DNA of 64,000 nucleotides. Origin: an uncultured virus (IMG/VR IMGVR_UViG_3300025071_000009) (Duplodnaviria > Heunggongvirae > Uroviricota > Caudoviricetes). Position 1 is the stretch's first letter. Every line of letters begins with the position of its first letter. The translations under genes were made by a program, and so were the position numbers. The notes under the pieces were generated by a model. That model did not search any database, was not told where the DNA came from, and worked only from the letters and a program-made list of their open reading frames with translations. The stretch is taken from the IMG/VR virus record IMGVR_UViG_3300025071_000009; one strand, written 5' to 3'. This document shows positions 38,001 through 44,653 of this stretch, piece by piece.

Positions 38001-38200
38001 GACTTTAAAAAGTTCGAAGCCATCTCAAAGTATTCTGGTGATAACTGTGTCTTTGTATGAGCAAGATCGCCGGTGTGTACAATGTAGTCGGGTTGCTCTT
38101 GCTTTAGGGAGTCATATATTTGATTAAATACGTGTCGATATTCATCGTGATATTTAAGGTTTCTAATATGTGTGTCTGAAATGTGTGCGATGCGCTTCAT
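35045..38200 (-). CDS. Fused SbcD/Mre11 nuclease - SbcC/Rad50 ATPase (gp47-gp46-like fusion)
   Basis: Phosphoesterase motifs ISDTH, TGDL, GNHD, GDIH. Walker A GKNYSGKSS, zinc hook CSFC, signature SGAEK, Walker B FVLDEP, and ITH. Confidence 0.92.
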   Translation of the reverse strand: MKRIAHISDTHIRNLKYHDEYRHVFNQIYDSLKQEQPDYIVHTGDLAHTKTQLSPEYFEMASNFLKSLSDIAPTIMILGNHDGNLKNGDRQDAVTPIAEAMQHPNFTLLKNSGEYSPEPGVTFNVLSVFDRDNWRSPSNSKSINIALYHGAVRGSQVGSGFSLDHGEDDLSIFSDFDYAMLGDIHRTQHLDVEGRVWYCGSTVQQNFGESQLKGYLIWNIHSKEKHTIQKRLFRSPRPFVTIELNQDGTLPKADVPKNSRLRLVCNHNLPMAKLKRACDYAQVKWSTHSVSFINNSSATGAVSSAKNGRALNMRDPKNQEKFLREFMSDQQIDDSIREKVVELSREYLKKVDTSTGTSRNVVWDIKKMQWNYLFNYGKGNTLDFSKLNGLVGIFGKNYSGKSSIVDAALFGLFNTTSKGERKNVHIINQNQERALCKLEIAVGDDLYKVTRSLEKTTIRSKGKESHSAKTELDFTKYTFGTIAESKNGDTRNKTDENIRNTFGSLEDFMMTSLAAQNDSFGFINEGSTKRKEILAKFLDLQIFDQMHKLAKQDSAEMRGVIKHLQSADWGRKLSRANAELSEILEDIATQRDLCTKHVSRLETLKEEQQLIKNQVDAASQKEINIESVEKNLLKARKSLSSNSKEMARLSTEIASKRSQIEDLSLRLPSLLEESVQAKEELQTLSLLKEQISKTHKAAEKAKRERSRLQSKIDMLHDHEYDPDCSFCSNNEFVKKAEEAKVTIVDVIQNIEALNSEMLDLKMKASLINEVYSEAIVRDYEVQRDTLTREQSEVRNMSLKRENCEGKVSLMERKINDCESDIAYYSDNIEAYENLTSLQGDLSAITKTVSIKAAEIQRCEERVLGFMSEKGSAERMIHEASERIQQIKDAERDYIAYDIFVKATHPNGISYEVIKSMLPVINEEIQKVLSSIVDFQVFFAEDGGKLEIYLKHPKYDPRPLSMGSGAEKTIASMAVRLALISVSSLPKSNIFVLDEPATALDAEHMEGFARLLQMIKTQFKTVLLITHLESLKDVVDMSIDIDKTDGYAQVKL

Positions 38201-38517
38201 TTGTCCTCCAGGATTTTATTGCGTACTTTTAATGTAACACGTTCATCTTCTTGTGTCAAGTAAAATTGTTCATCTTCTTCAAAAAATAGCGGCCCTCCTT
38301 CCATATATGTGAGAGATAGAGTGTTATACTCAAACCACTCAATCGCAGTTGCGTACTCCCATTCGTAATATTTACGTGAGCAGTCCATTAACTGTTCTGT
38401 ATCATAAACTAATCTGCCTCTATCAAAAGCCACTATCGAATCATTGTAGCACTCTTGTGGTTCTATTACGATAAACTCATAGCCTTTTTTGACGGCATCG
38501 TCTATAAACTTGTTCAT
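38197..38517 (-). CDS. Hypothetical protein
   Basis: 106 aa with SD AGGAGG, AIEWFEYNT...GGPLF pattern, and ATGA overlap with the SbcCD gene. Confidence 0.7.
   Translation of the reverse strand: MNKFIDDAVKKGYEFIVIEPQECYNDSIVAFDRGRLVYDTEQLMDCSRKYYEWEYATAIEWFEYNTLSLTYMEGGPLFFEEDEQFYLTQEDERVTLKVRNKILEDK
38231..38259 (-). promoter_or_regulatory. sigma70-type promoter for SbcCD (intragenic)
   Basis: TTGACA-17 nt (ending CGTGT)-TACATT. Confidence 0.7.
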
Positions 38518-38541
38518 GTTATACCTCCTAATGTATAAGAT

Positions 38542-38570
38542 AATATAACATGTTGAGATTAATTTGTCAA
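38542..38570 (-). promoter_or_regulatory. sigma70-type promoter
   Basis: TTGACA-17 nt (ending ATGT)-TATATT. Confidence 0.75.
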
Positions 38571-38571
38571 G

Positions 38572-38778
38572 TTAACTAAGCAAGTTAATCATTTCAGATG
38601 AGACAACCATGTCGACTTCTCCAAACAAAACAGCGTACCAAACAACTTCCACGCCGTAAAAATCTCCGATCAGTTCGTCAAAAGCAATTACTTCCAAAAC
38701 AATGCCGACATTCGGAATGGTTTCGCTTTGAAAATCCTCAATAAAGATAACCAAACTTCCAACAACAATATCTTTCAC
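38572..38778 (-). CDS. Small SH3-like/beta-rich hypothetical protein
   Basis: VGSLV...VGIVLEV...WYAVLF. SD GGAGG, with ACTATTTA at 38796-38803. Confidence 0.55.
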   Translation of the reverse strand: MKDIVVGSLVIFIEDFQSETIPNVGIVLEVIAFDELIGDFYGVEVVWYAVLFGEVDMVVSSEMINLLS

Positions 38779-38820
38779 ACATAACCCTCCACTAGTAAAT
38801 AGTGTCGAGAGTAGCGGAAG

Positions 38821-39726
38821 TTATTCGATGTGGCCGGTTCCTACGACGGACCATTCGAGTTGTACGTCGACATAGCCATTGAGTCCTTCGTAAGGAACTC
38901 TTTGTTGGGAAAATCTTGTCATATGAATCGCAGTAAGTGACCAATAGGGATAGGTCTGAAAGTAAGATCCATCAAAGGACATGTAGCCACTATCTGGTCC
39001 CGAACATGATGCGACACCAAGAAGTTGACTTCCATCTGAGGAATAGGTTGCGATTGTGATATTGAACAGGTCCTGTCCTCCGGATGGTCCCCATGAGAAT
39101 TGTGTTCCAAACTTTGACACAACTGCTGCGAAGGCATAGGATGGGTCTACATAGCGCATCTCTAGAGGCTCAATAAAGTCAAAGCCGTGAATAGATCTGA
39201 ATTGGAACGATGTTCCATCTTGAGTTTGCACATTCATTTGAGTGTCTCGGTCATATTGTGATTCCGTCAAGAACCCACTATAGATGTTCGAATTGTTGTT
39301 AAACGCTGTGAATGAATTGGGATTACCAAATACATTGATTGATGAGCCGATGTTCTTTCCTTGCACGAAGATGGACACAGGATTCATTGAGTTTACGCAC
39401 TGTCCTGATGGTGGATACCATGTTGGATGTGTCTCGCCTATTTTGTCGTGGAACTTTGCTTCGAATTGAATAGTGATCTCTTGGGATACGCCCATGCATT
39501 GTAGACAAGCAATTTGCTCTAGATTGTAGTTTACAAGCCCAACAGTACCCTCTAGAGGCTCATCCGACGGTTCCGTTGATGGTTCGATAGCCGGTTCACC
39601 AGAAGGCTCTGTGGACGCTTCTGTTACGATGTCCGTATCTTCAACAGATGTATCTAAGACTTGGACCTTGTCCGTTGTTCTAATTCCGATGTCTCCACCG
39701 CAGGCCAAAAATAAGGCTAATAGCAT
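38821..39726 (-). CDS. Putative lipoprotein
   Basis: MLLALFLA-C lipobox, EPS(T/G/D)EP low-complexity linker, beta-rich globular domain. Confidence 0.7.
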   Translation of the reverse strand: MLLALFLACGGDIGIRTTDKVQVLDTSVEDTDIVTEASTEPSGEPAIEPSTEPSDEPLEGTVGLVNYNLEQIACLQCMGVSQEITIQFEAKFHDKIGETHPTWYPPSGQCVNSMNPVSIFVQGKNIGSSINVFGNPNSFTAFNNNSNIYSGFLTESQYDRDTQMNVQTQDGTSFQFRSIHGFDFIEPLEMRYVDPSYAFAAVVSKFGTQFSWGPSGGQDLFNITIATYSSDGSQLLGVASCSGPDSGYMSFDGSYFQTYPYWSLTAIHMTRFSQQRVPYEGLNGYVDVQLEWSVVGTGHIE

Positions 39727-39734
39727 GATAACTC

Positions 39735-39944
39735 CTAGTGCTCTATAACAATTATGTAACCGAGGAACTCGCCTCGCTCATATTCTAGATCGTAGTAGCT
39801 CAACAATGAACAAACAAGATCCTTCATGGCTTCTGAGTTTCCGGTAACAACCTTCATCCTGCTTCGCCAATTGCTATTAATAAATAGTTCGAGTTTGCGT
39901 TTAGCATCTTTATGCTTAGACCCGTGAAGGTCTAGTGTTTTCAG
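39735..39944 (-). pseudogene. Smr-domain ORF lacking a canonical start (CTG start or decapitated gene)
   Basis: Translates LKTLDLHGSKHKDAKRKLELFINSNWRSRMKVVTGNSEAMKDLV...GYIIVIEH*. LDLHG and VVTG are Smr hallmarks. No in-frame ATG/GTG/TTG upstream before a stop. Confidence 0.65.
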
Positions 39945-40285
39945 ATTTCGCCGTTCAAGAATGCAACAGCCTTTTCTATGGTCATCTCATTGCCGTCGAT
40001 ATTAACTTGCGGCTCTCCTTTTTCTGTAGAGGGTGATGCGATGATGCCACGTTCGTCTCCTCTAAACTGGCTATTGGGGTCGGTTGATTCATATTCAACA
40101 TCTAAAGTGTCACCATTTCTTTCAATTTTAAAGTTAGTGAAGTCACCGTTTATGGCCTCAAGCCGATGCTGTAGTTCTTTCAATGGCTCGGGCAAGTCGT
40201 TGGTTTGTTCAGAATCCATTTCATGCATAACTTGCATCATCTCTTCTTTGATGATTCTTTTTAATGTTTCTTTTGTAAGTTTCAT
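39941..40285 (-). CDS. Leader-motif cassette protein 5 (MKLTKETLKRIIKEE)
   Basis: Shared leader. SD AGGAG, with ACTATTTA at 40324-40331. Confidence 0.75.
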   Translation of the reverse strand: MKLTKETLKRIIKEEMMQVMHEMDSEQTNDLPEPLKELQHRLEAINGDFTNFKIERNGDTLDVEYESTDPNSQFRGDERGIIASPSTEKGEPQVNIDGNEMTIEKAVAFLNGEI

Positions 40286-40350
40286 TTGTGGACTCCTAAG
40301 TCTTTGGTTTGGTGATCTTCACTTAAATAGTCACTACGTGTGCATAGTGC

Positions 40351-40376
40351 AAAAAAAAACCTCTCCGAAGAGAGGT
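40351..40376 (-). terminator. Intrinsic terminator after tRNA
   Basis: ACCTCTC-TTCG-GAGAGGT followed by T8. Confidence 0.9.
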
Positions 40377-40422
40377 CTAGAGGAGGTGTGAGAGCTCCGA
40401 ATCGAACTTAAGTTCTAAAAAA

Positions 40423-40498
40423 TGGTGGAGAGTAGGAGATTTGAACTCCTGACCCCCTGCGTGCAAAGCAGATGCTCTCCCAACTGAGCTAACCCCCC
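40423..40498 (-). tRNA. tRNA-Ala(UGC)
   Basis: GGGGGGTTAGCTCAGTTGGGAGAGCATCTGCTTTGCACGCAGGGGGTCAGGAGTTCAAATCTCCTACTCTCCACCA: 76 nt, anticodon TGC, G3:U70, encoded CCA. Confidence 0.95.
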
Positions 40499-40508
40499 AC
40501 ATTCATTT

Positions 40509-41339
40509 CTAAATAGTATGACTGAGTGCATTTGGAATGTTTTCTTTTTGAACTTTCAAGATTTCTCTATAGCGAGAAATAACCTTGAAATAAGAGGTTG
40601 AATCTGATTTAAGCAGCCAAGAATGGAGCTGAGCGAATGTTTGAGTTTGGCTATGTTCTACCATTCCGTAGTGCTCTGAAAGAAGCTGTAGTGCATCCTC
40701 AGGCGACGTAATTGCCCATTCTGAGGTCTTTTTCTCTTTGATGCCGGAAAAGTGATTAAATGTGTATCCAATCTCTGAGAATAGTGCAACCAAGAACTGG
40801 GTTCTATGTAGTCCTTTGAGACCTTGTTCTCCATGAGAATAGTAAGACCACCTAAGCCAATCGATGTCTCCGACCATCCAATCGACTTGAACGAAGTCTC
40901 CAGTTGGGCCGGACTCGTCATGTTGTTCAAAACATGTAAAGATGTTACCAGCAGTAACTCTATCATTCACATCCATCTTCTCCGTAAGTTTTGCAGAGAT
41001 TAAGGTCAATAAAGCACGCATCTTAGACATTTGATAAGTTGCTGTGCGTGAGCGCTTATGTATCTTTGTGTAGAGATCATTCCAATCGTCCCACTCAATT
41101 CCCCACTTGCCTATTTCTGAACTTGTAAATGACCGAACTATGTGAGTCGCATCAATGGCTAGGTCAAGATCTCCGGAGATTGGTTTCTTTCCAGCAGAAC
41201 CTACTGGTTCGAAGAAGGAGAGAGAATGAGCTTTCATTGGAAAGATCTCTCCGAGTACCTTCGTGTAGGCTTCTATTGTTGGTTCAACTCTATCTCTAGG
41301 AATTGCCGATGCGATGTTTTTAAAGATGTTACCACCCAT
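40509..41339 (-). CDS. Pol-beta superfamily nucleotidyltransferase
   Basis: GSAGKKPISGDLDLAID (GS...DxD) and VQVDWM third aspartate. Start MGGNIFK at 41339. Confidence 0.75.
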   Translation of the reverse strand: MGGNIFKNIASAIPRDRVEPTIEAYTKVLGEIFPMKAHSLSFFEPVGSAGKKPISGDLDLAIDATHIVRSFTSSEIGKWGIEWDDWNDLYTKIHKRSRTATYQMSKMRALLTLISAKLTEKMDVNDRVTAGNIFTCFEQHDESGPTGDFVQVDWMVGDIDWLRWSYYSHGEQGLKGLHRTQFLVALFSEIGYTFNHFSGIKEKKTSEWAITSPEDALQLLSEHYGMVEHSQTQTFAQLHSWLLKSDSTSYFKVISRYREILKVQKENIPNALSHTI

Positions 41340-41361
41340 GTTGTCCTCCATTGTTCTATAT

Positions 41362-41390
41362 AAGATAACGTGTTTCAATTGACTTGTCAA
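41362..41390 (-). promoter_or_regulatory. sigma70-type promoter
   Basis: TTGACA-17 nt-TATCTT. Confidence 0.7.
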
Positions 41391-42322
41391 ATGTTTTCTA
41401 AAAGTTTTTCAAAGAAATACATTTCATTCTTGATTGGTGCTGCTGTTTGCATTCTTTCCTTAAACTCTTTCTCGCCCATTTCTCCAACATCTTCTTCGTC
41501 AATTGGAATCTTGAAAACTTCGAGGTCATACTTCAAAAGAGATTTGATAATCCATTCGGCTTTCTTTTCGGCGTCATAGTCAAGAGCCATGTAGACTGGA
41601 GTGTCGTGGATAGCTATAGCTTGGAACAAACGAGACTGCTCTCTAAGTGTCGAGCCGAGGATTGGGATGGCGTTCTCTCCTGCTGCGATTGCATCAAAGA
41701 CACCTTCGACGAGAACGATTGGTTCGTCCCAGTCGATCATCAGTTCATTAAATACGATATCACGATCCGCTGGAGGGTTGAGGTACCTATAAGAATGCCC
41801 AACGTAACTGCGAGCGATGAAGTAATTGCAATCTCCATCCATGTCAAACGACGGTATAATAATTCTTCCTGCATAACGACCCTCCTTACAATAGCCAATC
41901 TTCCATTTTAATATTTCTCTCCGACCAATGCCTCGGGACGATAGATAGCGGAATGCGTCCGTTGTCTCGATAGGCAAGTCTTTATTACACAATGAGATGA
42001 ACTCTTCGGGTAAATCGATGTGTTGCTTCTCTTCAATGCTGTTAAGTTCTCTGAATAAATTGTCGAACTCGTTGAGATCGAGTCGTCCTTGTAATTCAAG
42101 ATACTTTTGTCGTTGCTGGTAAGTGCCGAACTTTCTTACAATTCGGTAAATGTTCTTGCCTCTCGCATCACAAATCCAGCATTTCCAGTAGCCGTTTGCG
42201 AAGTTCACCGACATTTTCTTTTTGTGGTGATTGCAGTAAGGACAATGATACAAATGCTCATCACCCTTTTGATAGTAACTCCCAAGAACTTGGGTTACAA
42301 TTTGTCTTTTGTCCTCGATCAT
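41387..42322 (-). CDS. DNA primase (DnaG/gp61-like)
   Basis: Zinc finger CPYC...CWIC, YLSSRGI, RIIIP, TOPRIM VEGVFD and DYD. Confidence 0.9.
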   Translation of the reverse strand: MIEDKRQIVTQVLGSYYQKGDEHLYHCPYCNHHKKKMSVNFANGYWKCWICDARGKNIYRIVRKFGTYQQRQKYLELQGRLDLNEFDNLFRELNSIEEKQHIDLPEEFISLCNKDLPIETTDAFRYLSSRGIGRREILKWKIGYCKEGRYAGRIIIPSFDMDGDCNYFIARSYVGHSYRYLNPPADRDIVFNELMIDWDEPIVLVEGVFDAIAAGENAIPILGSTLREQSRLFQAIAIHDTPVYMALDYDAEKKAEWIIKSLLKYDLEVFKIPIDEEDVGEMGEKEFKERMQTAAPIKNEMYFFEKLLENI

Positions 42323-42339
42323 AATGTCCTCCTGTTTAT

Positions 42340-42368
42340 AATGTAACACGTCACAGAAGGTTTGTCAA
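42340..42368 (-). promoter_or_regulatory. sigma70-type promoter
   Basis: TTGACA-17 nt (ending CGTGT)-TACATT. Confidence 0.75.
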
Positions 42369-42877
42369 GTAAAAAGTGTCCTAACATCTTCATCACTAAC
42401 TCCATCGGGCAAAAACTTTGCGATTGATTCATTGTTTCTCAACGCTTCTCGGAAGTCTGTTGCGGAGATCTCATCAATCATCTCGAACTTAGGTGCGGAT
42501 ACATAGTTTTCGTTTCCGTAAAAGTAGTCACCGAACGATGTTTGATAGTGGCAGTCTTTACCAGAACAACCCAAACCGAACTTAACATCTTCATTTTCAT
42601 CACCCCAGTCAAAGCAGTCAGCCAAAGGGTTCGTGTAGGTCTTCTTCTTGCCTTCTCTAATCATCGCACGACGATAGTCTAACTTGGGGTGAGCCATTAG
42701 TCCATAGAGACTCAGAACGGCTTCTGTCTGCTCTAGCGTGACGCCGTCTCTTGACTTGTCTCCACAGAATAAGATGACCTTATCGACCTGTGGGTTGTCG
42801 AGATAGAACTTGATATAGTCGTAGTGACCTTTGTGTGGTGGCTTGAAACCGCCGGGAATTAAAATTGTGTATTGCAT
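42365..42877 (-). CDS. HxGH cytidylyl/adenylyltransferase-family protein
   Basis: PGGFKPPHKGH and ISATDFR (SxTxxR). Confidence 0.8.
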   Translation of the reverse strand: MQYTILIPGGFKPPHKGHYDYIKFYLDNPQVDKVILFCGDKSRDGVTLEQTEAVLSLYGLMAHPKLDYRRAMIREGKKKTYTNPLADCFDWGDENEDVKFGLGCSGKDCHYQTSFGDYFYGNENYVSAPKFEMIDEISATDFREALRNNESIAKFLPDGVSDEDVRTLFT

Positions 42878-42896
42878 ATGTCCTCCGTGTCTTATT

Positions 42897-42925
42897 AAGG
42901 TAACACGTTAGAAAATGTTTGTCAA
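42897..42925 (-). promoter_or_regulatory. sigma70-type promoter
   Basis: TTGACA-17 nt (ending CGTGT)-TACCTT. Confidence 0.7.
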
Positions 42926-42935
42926 GTTAAAATCT

Positions 42936-43454
42936 TTAATTTTCTCGCAGATCAAAGTGAGACATCGCAACAATGATTGCATCTGCTTCGTCATCAAGTC
43001 CCGGCTTTGGGTTTCCGTGTTTTGTGTAAACCATTTCAAACTGGTCAATGTTCTCATCGACCCACTGGAGGACAACAACCTTTGCCTTTGTTCCTCTTGG
43101 GACCTTAATGCCGCATCTGGAGCGCGCTGTTGTGGCTCCAACCATCGTTGGAGGTTTGCCTAAGTGTTGATAGGCCAAGAGACTTACCATGCCGTTAAAC
43201 CGCTGTAGGGAGCTCATAGTCTTTGCTGTGGTCTTTCCACCTGAGAACATTGAGAATGGTTCTTCAATTCTGACTTCGTTGATTATGTACTTTGCGAAGA
43301 GAGGCTCGAGCACCTGCTCCTCTAATAGAGTTGCTCGTTCTTCCAATGGCGTCTTTGGTTTCATCTTGAAGAAGTCTGAGTCGACATATTCGCCTTCGTC
43401 TGTGATAATTGCCCAACCGGTTCTTGAGGTTGAGACATCTAAGCCTAAAATCAT
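42936..43454 (-). CDS. ruvC: RuvC-like Holliday junction resolvase
   Basis: ILGLDVSTSRTGWAI, VRIEE, DDEADAIIVA. Confidence 0.85.
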   Translation of the reverse strand: MILGLDVSTSRTGWAIITDEGEYVDSDFFKMKPKTPLEERATLLEEQVLEPLFAKYIINEVRIEEPFSMFSGGKTTAKTMSSLQRFNGMVSLLAYQHLGKPPTMVGATTARSRCGIKVPRGTKAKVVVLQWVDENIDQFEMVYTKHGNPKPGLDDEADAIIVAMSHFDLREN

Positions 43455-43471
43455 AAATGCTCCTTTTATAT

Positions 43472-43500
43472 ATTATAGCACATACGCGAGGGTTTTACAA
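43472..43500 (-). promoter_or_regulatory. sigma70-type promoter
   Basis: TTGTAA-17 nt (ending TGTGC)-TATAAT. Confidence 0.7.
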
Positions 43501-44640
43501 GTCTAATTTCATTTTAAATAGATATTCGTTGACCTCAGTCTTTCTGATTGGCGTGGCTAGCTTGCAAATGCCAATGAGTCTTTTGTTCTTATCGTAGATG
43601 CAGATCTTAGAAATATAAGTTTCTTTCTGAAATGGTGGCTCGACATCGGTCTGTGCTGCTGGTACGACATTCTTAATCTCTCGATTGGTCTCGATAAACT
43701 GATAAGAGCTTGTGGAGTAGGTTGGCTCGTGACCTGTGTATTTCAAGTATGTTGGGTTGTTGGAGTGATTGAGTTCTCCATATGGAGCCTTTGCTAAAAT
43801 CGTCATGTTTTGCAATTGAGATACTGTGTCAAACTCTAGAGAGTAAGATCCTGAGAGTTGCTTCAGAGTCATGGTCTCTCCAGACTCAATTCCAAAACCG
43901 AATGAAGTCCACTTTTGATCTATCGGTGGGCCGCTGCCCATTGTGCCCAAAATGGAGGATCCAGTTAAAACTATGATTCCCTCGTCATACATAACTACGC
44001 CTTCAACACTACCGGTTGTTGGTCCGAATGTCTGGACTAGTTCGCCATTTTGACGTGAATCATTGAGCGTTCCAACTAAAGTTCCAGAAATATATGCATT
44101 TAGGGTGACCTCTCCTTTCTTTAGAGAGTTTCCATAAAAGATAGACGGAACGTTCAAAAGAACAACAGGATTACTTACAGTTGGAGTTTCAAAGTTGCTG
44201 AAGTTAAAACGTTGAGACCAAAATGAATAATGGTTAAAGCTAGACTTCAATGATCTCAAATACTTATAGTCCGTATCTGTGGTTGCGTCTATCGTAATCT
44301 TTGAGATTGACGAAGACATATTGTAACTTGAAGAGATTATTGAGCCATCGTATCCAAACTGAGTGTTGAAGTCTGTATCTGAAATTGTTTTAAACTTTTG
44401 CTTTTGACCACTCTTTGTCACAAATGGATATATTCTCTCGCCTACATCGCGGTTGACGTTGTATTCAAACAGGGATATGAAACCTTCTGGTACTCCAAGA
44501 ATATTATCCGAATAAGTTCCGGAAACAGCTTGTTGGTCGTTTATATAAATGGACCCGCTTTGAATATAGAACTTATAGTTAGGATACGCCTCTATGGTGT
44601 TAATGAAGACATCATTGTCCTTCAATTCATAATAAGACAT
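43495..44640 (-). CDS. Baseplate/fibre-attachment structural protein
   Basis: C-terminal NHSNNPTY...YISKICIYD...LIGICKLATPIRK, a tail-collar-fibre-like motif. Paralog of 44654..45742. Confidence 0.6.
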   Translation of the reverse strand: MSYYELKDNDVFINTIEAYPNYKFYIQSGSIYINDQQAVSGTYSDNILGVPEGFISLFEYNVNRDVGERIYPFVTKSGQKQKFKTISDTDFNTQFGYDGSIISSSYNMSSSISKITIDATTDTDYKYLRSLKSSFNHYSFWSQRFNFSNFETPTVSNPVVLLNVPSIFYGNSLKKGEVTLNAYISGTLVGTLNDSRQNGELVQTFGPTTGSVEGVVMYDEGIIVLTGSSILGTMGSGPPIDQKWTSFGFGIESGETMTLKQLSGSYSLEFDTVSQLQNMTILAKAPYGELNHSNNPTYLKYTGHEPTYSTSSYQFIETNREIKNVVPAAQTDVEPPFQKETYISKICIYDKNKRLIGICKLATPIRKTEVNEYLFKMKLDL

Positions 44641-44653
44641 ATAAGCCCTCCGA

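Noticed and set aside
27570..40285. Leader repeats as an insertion sequence, integron attC or diversity-generating retroelement
   Set aside because: No transposase, integrase or reverse transcriptase in the window, no inverted repeats, and variation is synonymous rather than adenine-specific.
40377..40422. GTTCGATTC downstream of tRNA-Ala as a second tRNA or attachment-site remnant
   Set aside because: The flanks do not form a T-stem or acceptor stem, and no integrase is present in the window.
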